Shown here: positions 7,035 to 16,038 of the stretch, in pieces
Layout: each line of letters opens with the position of its first letter
Position numbering within the stretch: position 1 is the first letter of the stretch
Virus record (IMG/VR): IMGVR_UViG_3300043410_001024
Span: 1 to 64,000 of that record
Reading direction: 5' to 3' (one strand)
Length of the DNA stretch: 64,000 nt
From: a virus
Position numbers and translations under genes: made by a program
Notes under the pieces: model-generated
The model's input: only the letters and a program-made list of their open reading frames with translations
Databases searched by the model: none
Told to the model about the DNA's origin: nothing

Positions 7035-8480
7035 TTAATTAAAAACTTTTACATTATAAGTATTTTCAAATACTTTAGAATCTCCTATGGTATTAACCAT
7101 TGGATGACCCTTAATATTCAGACTAGTATTGAGAAGCATTGGGCATCCGGTTTTAGAATACCACTCTTCCAATAGAGTTCTTACTTGTGGGTCGGCATTT
7201 TTTCCAACAGTTTGCACACGGCTGGTTCCATCAGCATGTACTATTCCTGGGAATTTATCTGGATATTTGCAAGTGGCGGTATATTGCATATATCGATTAT
7301 CGGTACTGATAAGGTCGAAATGTTCTGACGCGTGTTCCTCCAACACCATTGGTGCAAATGGACGAAATGCTTGTCTATCTTTAATTGTATTAACCCTATC
7401 TTTGATATTTGGTACACGCGGGTCAGCGATTAAGCTTCTGTTACCTAATGCGCGGGGTCCAAATTCTGCTTTACCTCTTGCTATACCACAAACTTGATTA
7501 GCGATAAGATATTCCACTATTTCTGCATTAGTGGAATGATACCCGATATCATATCCAATATATGGGTTAAACCGTATTCTATTTTTGGTATGTGCTAGCA
7601 CTGTTCCGATTGCGCTTCCTGCATCACCAGGATTTGGCATAATCCAAACATTATTAAAATATTTGTAAGCCAGTGGGTTGGCACTACAATTCAATGCGCA
7701 TCCACCCATGAATACTAAATTATCACTTGGAACTAGTTTTTTTGCCAGCTCTAGTGCATCTTTGAACATTCTATTATACACTAATTGTGTTCCAGATGCA
7801 ATATCAAAATAATCAGATACAGTTAAGTCTGGTGCCCAATCTAAGCAGCCACGGTGTAAATTCCGTCTAAACTTAAAATTATCAGCAACAAAATCGTCAT
7901 AGATGCGCTGTTCAAGTTTATTACCACCGTATGCTGCCATCCCCATTAAGATATATTCATCTTCGTTTGGTTTCAACCCAACTCGTTGAGTCATTGCGCT
8001 ATAAAACAGACCAATGCTATTGGGATAATTTTGAGACCATATTTTTTTTAATTTGTTTCCAGTACCATGCCAGATTGTCATGGTTTCAAATTCACCAATT
8101 GCGTCTATCACTAATATACAAGCATCAGCAAAGCTACTGGTATAATAGCCTGCAGCGGCGTGGCTATGATGATGTGCGGTATATGTAATTGGTACATTTA
8201 GATGATAAGTGGATAGATATTTTTTGATATTATTATCATCAAATTTTAATCCTTGCCCAGCTACTAGTTGTCTAATTGATTTAAGTAATGGGCGTTCATA
8301 CCAGTATATTTTTGATGGGTTTCCAAACTTAGATGCATAATTTATTAATTCATCACAAAGATTGGCATCATTTTTAATGCCGCTAAATCTTTCACTATGA
8401 CTAGCAAAAATCAAATTGTTGTTATCAAATACAGCAAGTGCGGCATCATGGCTATTTGCACTAATTCCCCATGTTATCAT
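7035..8480 (-). CDS. Carbamoyltransferase (NodU/CmcH/TobZ family)
   Basis: HDAALA, ERFS, HHHSHAA, DAIGE, EYILMGMAAYG, GGCALN, GDAGSAIG, EFGPRALGNRS, FRPFAP, HADGTSRVQTV, LLNTSLN. Confidence 0.95.
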   Translation of the reverse strand: MITWGISANSHDAALAVFDNNNLIFASHSERFSGIKNDANLCDELINYASKFGNPSKIYWYERPLLKSIRQLVAGQGLKFDDNNIKKYLSTYHLNVPITYTAHHHSHAAAGYYTSSFADACILVIDAIGEFETMTIWHGTGNKLKKIWSQNYPNSIGLFYSAMTQRVGLKPNEDEYILMGMAAYGGNKLEQRIYDDFVADNFKFRRNLHRGCLDWAPDLTVSDYFDIASGTQLVYNRMFKDALELAKKLVPSDNLVFMGGCALNCSANPLAYKYFNNVWIMPNPGDAGSAIGTVLAHTKNRIRFNPYIGYDIGYHSTNAEIVEYLIANQVCGIARGKAEFGPRALGNRSLIADPRVPNIKDRVNTIKDRQAFRPFAPMVLEEHASEHFDLISTDNRYMQYTATCKYPDKFPGIVHADGTSRVQTVGKNADPQVRTLLEEWYSKTGCPMLLNTSLNIKGHPMVNTIGDSKVFENTYNVKVFN

Positions 8481-8590
8481 TTGTAAATAAATGGGTCACG
8501 TTTGCGCATTTCTTCTATACGTTTTTTTAATTCTTGTTTTTCTTTATACCATTGAAATGGATGGAGTAAAATATATATAAATGTTCTCAT
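8477..8590 (-). CDS. Small 37-aa protein missed by the ORF track (MRTFIYILLHPFQWYKEKQELKKRIEEMRKRDPFIYK)
   Basis: Fills the primase-carbamoyltransferase gap exactly, with ATGA overlaps at both ends (8587-8590 and 8477-8480). Confidence 0.75.
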   Translation of the reverse strand: MRTFIYILLHPFQWYKEKQELKKRIEEMRKRDPFIYK

Positions 8591-9561
8591 GTTGTTTCCT
8601 TAAACCATTGTTTTGCCCGAACCGCAATTGCGGCGGTTCCTGATTTTTTTGCTGTTACAATTAGCCATAATGTTGCCAATCTTCCTAATTGTACAACGGC
8701 ATCATTGATATCTTTAATACCAGGTGGATAATCTGGCATTGATACTGACCAACCATATTCCAACGCTTTACTTACTAGTTTTTCACCAGCGGCATCACGG
8801 TCGGGTACTAGAACGATTTCTTTTCGTAATTGTTTTAGTAGAATATCTTGTTGATCTTTAATTTCTGAACCTAGTAATGCACAGCCGCTAATACTAATTG
8901 CGTCGATTGGACCTTCGCATACAATTACAAAAGTTCGATTATCGGTTTGTGCATCTAGGTTAAACACATAACCCGGTTGTTGTTCTGCGAGATATCTAGT
9001 TTTATCATTATTAACTGCCCTAGCGGTATATCCTACAATTTTTCCTTTGTAATAATACGGCATAATAAGACGATTATTAAATCCTGTTCGTGGGGTCCAG
9101 TAAAAATTATAATCTTCTAAGAACAAGTTTCGGGTGTTCATATACTCTAAAACTGGGAATAATTCTTCTGGTACATCATTAATAAAGTCTAAAATTGGTT
9201 TTGCATCTAACGGTAACGCACGAGCATCGAATCGTGGGATTGATGGGATGGTGGTGGTATCCGAATGTTCGTGTAAGTATTTGATAGCGGCAAAAACTAA
9301 TTTAGTTACTAGATCGTCTGGGACATTAAGGTGTCGTAAAAATGCTTTCATATTTTTACTAAGTTGGCGACCTGGCTGCCAACTACACTTGAATCCACAA
9401 TTAAAGCAATGGTATGAAATTGCGTCGCCTTCATTTACAATGAACCCACCGCGTTGGCGAGTATCATTGCAACATACGGCATTGAAAGAAACCCAGCCAC
9501 TTGGAGTGGTTTTCCGTTTGGCTGGGAGATATAATTGAATGGTATCTGTGATTAAGTTCAT
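8587..9561 (-). CDS. 61: DNA primase (T4 gp61/DnaG-like)
   Basis: Zn ribbon (AVCC...YHCFNCGF), TOPRIM motifs VCEGPIDA, VPDRD, KDINDA. Confidence 0.9.
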   Translation of the reverse strand: MNLITDTIQLYLPAKRKTTPSGWVSFNAVCCNDTRQRGGFIVNEGDAISYHCFNCGFKCSWQPGRQLSKNMKAFLRHLNVPDDLVTKLVFAAIKYLHEHSDTTTIPSIPRFDARALPLDAKPILDFINDVPEELFPVLEYMNTRNLFLEDYNFYWTPRTGFNNRLIMPYYYKGKIVGYTARAVNNDKTRYLAEQQPGYVFNLDAQTDNRTFVIVCEGPIDAISISGCALLGSEIKDQQDILLKQLRKEIVLVPDRDAAGEKLVSKALEYGWSVSMPDYPPGIKDINDAVVQLGRLATLWLIVTAKKSGTAAIAVRAKQWFKETT

Positions 9562-9567
9562 TATGCT

Positions 9568-9596
9568 ATTATACTATAGCACAATAATTTTGTCAA
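9568..9596 (-). promoter_or_regulatory. Consensus sigma70 promoter of the primase operon
   Basis: TTGACA (9596-9591), 17 bp, TATAAT (9573-9568); 6 nt from the ATG. Confidence 0.85.
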
Positions 9597-10671
9597 CCAT
9601 TCCTGAGTAATTAATACCTGATACAACATAGGTATGAGTTCCAGTTGATGCAACGCCATCTATTGATATTGCTGCAATTGAACTGATTGTATAACTAGAT
9701 GGGGCGGTGGATGAGTTACCGTTGACGCCGGTAACGGTTATAAACAAATCGTTTACTGTGTCAACACCGCCTAATTGGGTACCTGGTACTCGTATGATAG
9801 CGCCAGTGGTATAACCGGTACCAGCATTACGAATAGTAACAGAATATTGGCCGCCTGATTTAACGACGTCGAATGATGCGCCAATTCCATTTACTGAAAG
9901 TGATTGATATGACACTCTAAAATATGAATAGTCATTAATTGGTACTGATGCGGCAAATGGTATTATACCTGTATATTTTCCATCTTGAGGTGTTTGTGTC
10001 CAAGAGCCAAATGGTTTACCAGCGGCTTTGAATGCTTCAACATTTATCGTGTCATTTTTAGTTGCATCGATCCATATTGACCCGACGAATCCAGTTACGT
10101 GGATTTCAAAGGACATAGTGGCTGATGGAATTGCTTCGTATGACTTACAAGGAATTGCTGATGAATGATAAATTGGCACGCCATTTAAATCAATTTCAGC
10201 GGTAAATGTATCAAACACGCGAGATGGTTTTGTTTTTGGCATAGCATTATTGGCTAGTTGTAAATATCCAACTGCGCTAAATCGTGCATCGGCATATAAC
10301 ATTACTACATCTTGATTATCTTTAGTTGCAGTTACGCTATATACTAGGGATTGTTCAGACAATCCAGCTAAATCAGTAGATGGAATAGTTACAGTTGAGA
10401 TACCTTTTAGGTCGGTTGGTGCTACAGTATAAGGACTGTTAGGCAATGCGTTCCCGGAAACATCCATTACATTCATTTGGATGTCGGAAAAAATTGTTAA
10501 GTCTATGCGTTTTTGGTCAGCATTCTTGATATCGAATTCGATGGTGTTATCGATACCGTTATATATTTTGATAGTTCGTTGGTACACGTTAGTAAACTCC
10601 ACTGTGAATCCTGCCAAATCAGCAAGTAGTTCTATTCTATTTGGATATAAATATCTTGATATTTTTTGCAT
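9574..10671 (-). CDS. Putative virion structural protein (beta-rich)
   Basis: 365-aa ORF preceded by an ATAAATA late motif; contains a GTGYTTG...GTQLGG module also seen in the fibre genes. Confidence 0.65.
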   Translation of the reverse strand: MQKISRYLYPNRIELLADLAGFTVEFTNVYQRTIKIYNGIDNTIEFDIKNADQKRIDLTIFSDIQMNVMDVSGNALPNSPYTVAPTDLKGISTVTIPSTDLAGLSEQSLVYSVTATKDNQDVVMLYADARFSAVGYLQLANNAMPKTKPSRVFDTFTAEIDLNGVPIYHSSAIPCKSYEAIPSATMSFEIHVTGFVGSIWIDATKNDTINVEAFKAAGKPFGSWTQTPQDGKYTGIIPFAASVPINDYSYFRVSYQSLSVNGIGASFDVVKSGGQYSVTIRNAGTGYTTGAIIRVPGTQLGGVDTVNDLFITVTGVNGNSSTAPSSYTISSIAAISIDGVASTGTHTYVVSGINYSGMVDKIIVL

Positions 10672-10704
10672 TAGTTAGTATCCGGCTGGTTTTCATGTTT
10701 ATAG

Positions 10705-10732
10705 TATTTATCGTATACTGTGATGATAAATA
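10705..10732. promoter_or_regulatory. Divergent pair of late-promoter motifs
   Basis: ATAAATA on minus (10711-10705) and on plus (10726-10732), between divergent genes. Confidence 0.65.
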
Positions 10733-10754
10733 TAGCTTACACTATATAAAATAA

Positions 10755-11129
10755 ATGACGACATTAAGAAATGAAATAGAACAGAATCTACCATATGTTA
10801 GTGTATTAACATATGGTGGTAATGAATATATAGGAATAATTATAAATCAAGATCAATATGTAACAAGCTTTTACGATTTTGGTACATTGAAATCACCGTC
10901 TGAAAAGGCGCAACTATTAGATATTGGTGAGATTTGGTGGTGGGAATCTAACAGACAATTCCCCATATCTATCTTTTGTAGGGATCAAATACAACCATTT
11001 AATTATTCTATAAAAACTTTTAATAGCAAGGACACCCGTATAATTTTAGGTCCAATAGTAAATATAATGGACTTAACCATTAAACGGGCGAAACGAAAAT
11101 CTATTACGCTAGTAAGAAAAGTCAGATAA
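10755..11129 (+). CDS. Conserved-looking hypothetical phage protein (WWWESNR motif)
   Basis: 124-aa ORF behind a late motif; basic C-terminus. Confidence 0.7.
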   Translation: MTTLRNEIEQNLPYVSVLTYGGNEYIGIIINQDQYVTSFYDFGTLKSPSEKAQLLDIGEIWWWESNRQFPISIFCRDQIQPFNYSIKTFNSKDTRIILGPIVNIMDLTIKRAKRKSITLVRKVR

Positions 11130-11702
11130 TTAAAGCAATGATTCGGTGATAAGATTCATTTGTACTATCACCGCAACTGCGTAAGAAATTGCGTGTGATT
11201 TTTTAAAATAATATTCACCTGTGGTTGGCGGCACCCATACCTCGTTCATCACCGTGGTCCAATCTTTCCCAATCAGATAGCGTTTCGCGGGGCGTATCAT
11301 TGCTAGGACTGCAGCTAATTGTTCCACCGAAGTCGGCAATGTTTGTTTCAGAATATCGGTATGCCCGTTCAAATGAAATAGTAGATTCACAAACTCTTCG
11401 TTTACTAAAAGTTCCCATATGGGCTCAGTCTCCATCAGTTTAAGTAAATGGTCGTTATCCTTAACGCCATTATATACGTGGACATTTAAGAAGTCAATTT
11501 TAAAATATCCACGTGATTCTGCTTCTTTGTAATCAATTGTGCTTAAATTTGTAATAGGATTATGTGGTATTTGTTGTACATATATTCCAGAGTTATGTGC
11601 AACTAAGTTTGTTTCGGTGGTGCGCGAGGCAATAATGTGTGGTAAGAAGTCCAATGCGGCTTTTCTGTCATAAAAATCAATATCGATATCAGGTGTTTTC
11701 AT
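11130..11702 (-). CDS. Minimal DNA polymerase III alpha (DnaE/family C) catalytic-core-like protein
   Basis: PDIDIDF, GYFKIDFL, LAMIRP and FKKSHAISYA correspond to DnaE PDFDVDF, GLVKFDFL, ALFRPG and FNKSHSAAYA; only 190 aa. Confidence 0.85.
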   Translation of the reverse strand: MKTPDIDIDFYDRKAALDFLPHIIASRTTETNLVAHNSGIYVQQIPHNPITNLSTIDYKEAESRGYFKIDFLNVHVYNGVKDNDHLLKLMETEPIWELLVNEEFVNLLFHLNGHTDILKQTLPTSVEQLAAVLAMIRPAKRYLIGKDWTTVMNEVWVPPTTGEYYFKKSHAISYAVAVIVQMNLITESLL

Positions 11703-12379
11703 AGATTAGCATCTTTTACTAATTGTGTTACTATTTCTAAATCGGCTGGGTTACGTCTAAATTTTAATAACCAATACTGCGGGTCGATTGCGGAATTGAT
11801 CATATTTAATTGTTGGTCATCAAATTTTTTCAACATTGATTTTCCAGATTGGCAATTCAATACTAGCCAAGGACTAATTTTACCATCTTTGATATCAAAT
11901 GCTGCGCGGGATAAACTGGCATCATGAAAATATTTATCCCAATTTGTATTATGTGCATCAGCCCACGATATCATAGTTGATATACTGCGTTGCAATGCGG
12001 TTTCAACATTTTCACGTTTAAGTAGTTCTATAACGTACTTATCATACACTTCTTCATGACACCAATGATCTAATTTAATACTATTGGTAATTATATATTT
12101 TATGAAATGGTCTGGATATAATGGTTTTACGTTACTAACATAGCTACCAAATTTAACAAATGCGGTATAATATTGACTATTGCAAAAATCCTCATATGTT
12201 TTTTCTTTTGAGTTTTGCACAGTTTTGAAAAATTTTTTGAAAGTATCAAATGCAATCATTACGTGTTTTTCATGCTGGGCAAGTGCGCGACGTTTCTTTT
12301 CGCATACATGAACCATTAGCGTACTTTCACGTAAAAAACCATGATTGCAATACTTGCATACATATGGTTTTTCTGTCAT
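11699..12379 (-). CDS. Hypothetical protein with N-terminal zinc finger
   Basis: YVCKYCNHGFLRESTLMVHVC; ATGA-coupled to both neighbours. Confidence 0.75.
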   Translation of the reverse strand: MTEKPYVCKYCNHGFLRESTLMVHVCEKKRRALAQHEKHVMIAFDTFKKFFKTVQNSKEKTYEDFCNSQYYTAFVKFGSYVSNVKPLYPDHFIKYIITNSIKLDHWCHEEVYDKYVIELLKRENVETALQRSISTMISWADAHNTNWDKYFHDASLSRAAFDIKDGKISPWLVLNCQSGKSMLKKFDDQQLNMINSAIDPQYWLLKFRRNPADLEIVTQLVKDANL

Positions 12380-12852
12380 TTTAAAAGTTTCTTTGATTGT
12401 TTTTCATCTAATCCCAATTCCATAGCTAATGACGTTATTTCATTATCTGTGTACATTGATGCCAATAATTCTAATTCATCCATTTTGTAATTTGGATAAA
12501 GTTCTTGTAAGAATTTTATTTTTTTGTCTACATTATCGGTTTTCTTTTTATAGCCAATCCATTCGTGATAGAATACTTTACCATTTAGGTTACACATACA
12601 TAGCAACATCCATAGGAGTTTTGGATGTTGCTGTAAGGTATGCCAATGTTTATTAAAATATTCATTAACAGTTAAAACAAAATGTTCTTTTGTTTCCCTA
12701 CCACCAGATTTAACATTGCTGATATAACGATTCAGCCGGAATAAATCACCTTTAATTACTTTTTTATTGTCGTCATCGGATGCATCCCAGAGTTCTTTGA
12801 CATTTGTATCAACTGCTGCAAGTATTTCTTTTAATAGTAGGGTGTCTGTCAT
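12376..12852 (-). CDS. Probable clamp-loader small subunit (T4 gp62-like)
   Basis: Size, helical pattern (LNRYIS...VNEYFN...HEWI...LQELY) and replication-block context; recognition is tentative. Confidence 0.5.
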   Translation of the reverse strand: MTDTLLLKEILAAVDTNVKELWDASDDDNKKVIKGDLFRLNRYISNVKSGGRETKEHFVLTVNEYFNKHWHTLQQHPKLLWMLLCMCNLNGKVFYHEWIGYKKKTDNVDKKIKFLQELYPNYKMDELELLASMYTDNEITSLAMELGLDEKQSKKLLK

Positions 12853-12898
12853 AAATGTATTATTGTTGAATAGTGGTATGGTATTGGATATTATATCA

Positions 12899-13405
12899 TT
12901 ATAATAATTTATCCATGTGAATTATTTCACTTTGTCTTGAAACTTCTTTAATAAAGTAAGCACATTCTGGTTGTTCACCGTATCTTAACGGGGTTGCCAA
13001 TAGTTGCCCACTTTTCATTTTTGGAAAATACCATTTTATATCAGTATAGAAATTTACTATTTCAATTGGGTAAAATTCTAGCCTATATGAACTCAATGGA
13101 TTATATACCAATGCATCAAAACCACGGTCATTTAAACTGGTAAGTGGTATGATTTCTATATTTGCTGCACAAGTACTATCACCGACAGCAATGCACCAAT
13201 CTAGGGGCATTGTAATTTCTTTATTACCAATTCTAAGAACCATTGCCGGTGAATTAAATGATTCTAGAAATATTAATGGAACAAAAAAGAAATCTGGGTC
13301 TAATGGATTACTGTTATCTAATACACCAAATCTTGTGGAATCGTCCACCTCATCTGGTAAATTGTTTAATGAGAAAGTATTATTTTCAACTGTTAATATA
13401 TTCAT
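12899..13405 (-). CDS. Conserved hypothetical protein downstream of uvsW
   Basis: 168 aa from ATG 13405 (MNILTVENN), just past the uvsW stop; beta-rich. Confidence 0.75.
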   Translation of the reverse strand: MNILTVENNTFSLNNLPDEVDDSTRFGVLDNSNPLDPDFFFVPLIFLESFNSPAMVLRIGNKEITMPLDWCIAVGDSTCAANIEIIPLTSLNDRGFDALVYNPLSSYRLEFYPIEIVNFYTDIKWYFPKMKSGQLLATPLRYGEQPECAYFIKEVSRQSEIIHMDKLL

Positions 13406-13409
13406 TATA

Positions 13410-14876
13410 CTACTTCCAGTCAAGTTTTTCAATAGTAAATGGGTATTTTGCTTCTTTGTAAAACTTTTTACGTTCAGTTAGATGTTTCTTTGCATATTTA
13501 CATGTTGAGGTAACATCCCAAATTTGCACAAAATCTTTATCCTTAGCTTTTCTAATACCACGACCGATACTTTGGATTACTCTAGTAAAACTTTTACCAG
13601 GTTCAATTAATACTAAGTTAAAAATTCTAGGAATATTCAAACCAACAGCCGCGACGCCATAGGTTGCGATAATCACTTTATCGTCACTAGTTGATACCTC
13701 ATCATATTCGCTTTTTCTATCCTTAGTTTTAACTTCACCAGAAACAAAAACAGAATTAGGAATTAAGGTTGTTAACAATTTGCCGGTATCAATCCGATTG
13801 ACCAGTATTAGTGTATTACCAGTTGGTGTAACTATGTTATTTAAAATATCACTAATATAAGTTATTCTATCTTTATTTGTTACTAGGTATTTTATTTCAT
13901 CTGCGTATGAACGAAATGTTTCAGTGTCCAATAGCTGTAAAACGTTGACGTGGCACTGTGATAACACCCCCATATCTTGTAACTCATGGGCTTTAATACC
14001 ACCAACCACTTGCCCGATACTTGCAAAAATACTTTGATATTCAAATGGCTGCTTTGGCACTGTGCCAGTTAATCCCCATCTTATTGGTGCATTTTTTAAG
14101 TTCTGTGTTAAGAGATTTTTTAACACTTCTGCTTTTGCCATATGAACCTCATCAACGATTACGCCACAAACTCCATCTAGGAATTCAGCGAGCGTAACAA
14201 TATCAGCTTCATGGTTTTTACTTTTTTTATCTAATACATTAAGGCTTTGCCAAGTGCATATTGTATGGGTTTTACCTAAATCTTTTCTATCACCATAGTA
14301 AACACCAACGTCTAAACCACAGTTTTTGTAGTCTTCCTCGGTTTGTTCAACTAAAGATTTATTAGGTACAATAACAATACTTCTACCAAATTGTTCACAC
14401 AATTTTGACAGGGTGGCGGTGGTAATAGTTTTACCGGCACCAGTTGCGATTTCCTGTAAACTTTGTGGGTACTCTAGGAATTTATTAATGGCGGTTACTT
14501 GATAGTCACGCAACATAATAGGTTCACCAGCAAACTGATGGCCGTCTGGCCACACCACGCCTTGGTCTGCCCAATATGTTTCGGTAACTGGTGTGAACTG
14601 TAGGTTATATGGTTTTCTACAATCGGCTACGTCATCGATTGATATCCCCATTTTTCCTAAAATATTTAAGATTTCTTCAAGATGGCAGAGGTATCCTGAC
14701 CCGCCAACCCCAAACAATGAGACAAATCCATCCCATCTTCCAAGTTTAAATGCTGGTTGATGTCTAGCATATGGGATTTCATATTTAAAATGCGATGATA
14801 ATCTTTTTCTAGCATCCAATGGGAGGTTTTCGAATTTAAGATTTACTTCATCTTTGATGACTAAGCGTACTGTCAT
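13410..14876 (-). CDS. uvsW: SF2 DNA helicase UvsW
   Basis: LRDYQ, ATGAGKT, DEVH, GLTGT, QSIGRGIR; next to uvsY and uvsX. Confidence 0.93.
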   Translation of the reverse strand: MTVRLVIKDEVNLKFENLPLDARKRLSSHFKYEIPYARHQPAFKLGRWDGFVSLFGVGGSGYLCHLEEILNILGKMGISIDDVADCRKPYNLQFTPVTETYWADQGVVWPDGHQFAGEPIMLRDYQVTAINKFLEYPQSLQEIATGAGKTITTATLSKLCEQFGRSIVIVPNKSLVEQTEEDYKNCGLDVGVYYGDRKDLGKTHTICTWQSLNVLDKKSKNHEADIVTLAEFLDGVCGVIVDEVHMAKAEVLKNLLTQNLKNAPIRWGLTGTVPKQPFEYQSIFASIGQVVGGIKAHELQDMGVLSQCHVNVLQLLDTETFRSYADEIKYLVTNKDRITYISDILNNIVTPTGNTLILVNRIDTGKLLTTLIPNSVFVSGEVKTKDRKSEYDEVSTSDDKVIIATYGVAAVGLNIPRIFNLVLIEPGKSFTRVIQSIGRGIRKAKDKDFVQIWDVTSTCKYAKKHLTERKKFYKEAKYPFTIEKLDWK

Positions 14877-14877
14877 G

Positions 14878-14914
14878 CTACAATCCTTGTAGTGTTCATT
14901 TTCATCCTTGAAAA
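14878..14914 (-). promoter_or_regulatory. Two GGA-loop hairpins over the uvsW ribosome-binding site (CsrA/RsmA-type)
   Basis: UUUUCA-AGGA-UGAAAA (14914-14899) and CUACAA-GGA-UUGUAG (14892-14878). Confidence 0.55.
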
Positions 14915-16027
14915 TTATCTGTTAAAAAACGACCCCATCAATGGAGGCTCGTAAGAGGCGGTGATTATTAAATCACAAAATTGTTTTGCGTAATTGGCAA
15001 CAGCATTTACACGTAGTTCATTATCAATTACCAATACTGCCATAGGTTTCCAACCGGTACTAAGAAATATTTTAGGTAATTTATTTTGTTGGCACACCGC
15101 TATATTTGTTTGTTCATCCAAACGAGCATTATACTGCTTATTACTAATAAGTGTATTAAACTCACAATCGCCGTCCTTCCGGTGGTATACACCAACATTT
15201 TCAATTTTATGGTGGTCAATAGCTGAAGATAATTCGCATAACCATTTATATGATGAAGTATAACTAGATGATGGTAATACAACCATCAGCGGCAATCTTT
15301 GTAAATATAATATAGAGTCTATTATATCATGGATTGGATTTTTATGCAAGTCAATCCATACATTTGCCGATGATCTATATGCGATTTTTTCAGTTAGATT
15401 AGTCGCAGCTGGCGGGTCCGGTAAAACATATTGATGATACAGTCGGCGATCATAGTTTAAGATGATATCATCAAATTGTGCAATCCCCATTTCTGCTGGT
15501 GTAAACTTATCTTTAGCATCTTGCAAATTCCAGCTTTTAATTTCATTATATAAATCCATTATGGGTTTATCAATTACAAAACCGTATGTAAATAATGCAT
15601 CAATCAAATAAACCAGTCCATGTTCGGTTAGTTTTGTTGTATACCACGATCCTGGACATTTGATATTAAATGCCAATGGTGAGTTTGTAAGTATTCTACG
15701 AATTCCATTAGAATATGTAAATTTTATTTCAATACACTTATTACCATTTTCATCACGAATCAAGTTAATGGTGCGTTCGGTGAAAATACGTTTAAATGGT
15801 TGTGACCAAATTGGTGTTTCTAATGCCAATACTAGGTCATCAGAGAATTTGGTAAATTCATCAACATTATCTTTATATAATATTAATAGGTAGTTTGCTT
15901 GGTTTTCGGTTAAAAACCCATGCGATTTTATATATTTCTTAAACCCATTAAGAACTCGCATAGATTTTTTATCAACCGTTGGGATATTTTCTGGTAAATC
16001 AAATAATATTTGATCTAATGTTTTCAT
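14915..16027 (-). CDS. Hypothetical protein, 370 aa
   Basis: Long ORF between uvsY and uvsW; no recognised motif. Confidence 0.75.
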   Translation of the reverse strand: MKTLDQILFDLPENIPTVDKKSMRVLNGFKKYIKSHGFLTENQANYLLILYKDNVDEFTKFSDDLVLALETPIWSQPFKRIFTERTINLIRDENGNKCIEIKFTYSNGIRRILTNSPLAFNIKCPGSWYTTKLTEHGLVYLIDALFTYGFVIDKPIMDLYNEIKSWNLQDAKDKFTPAEMGIAQFDDIILNYDRRLYHQYVLPDPPAATNLTEKIAYRSSANVWIDLHKNPIHDIIDSILYLQRLPLMVVLPSSSYTSSYKWLCELSSAIDHHKIENVGVYHRKDGDCEFNTLISNKQYNARLDEQTNIAVCQQNKLPKIFLSTGWKPMAVLVIDNELRVNAVANYAKQFCDLIITASYEPPLMGSFFNR

Positions 16028-16038
16028 ATATTAAAATA

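Noticed and set aside
11130-11702. Mini-DnaE as a pseudogene
   Set aside because: Catalytic motifs from distant parts of DnaE are retained in one clean, translationally coupled ORF, which indicates selection rather than decay.
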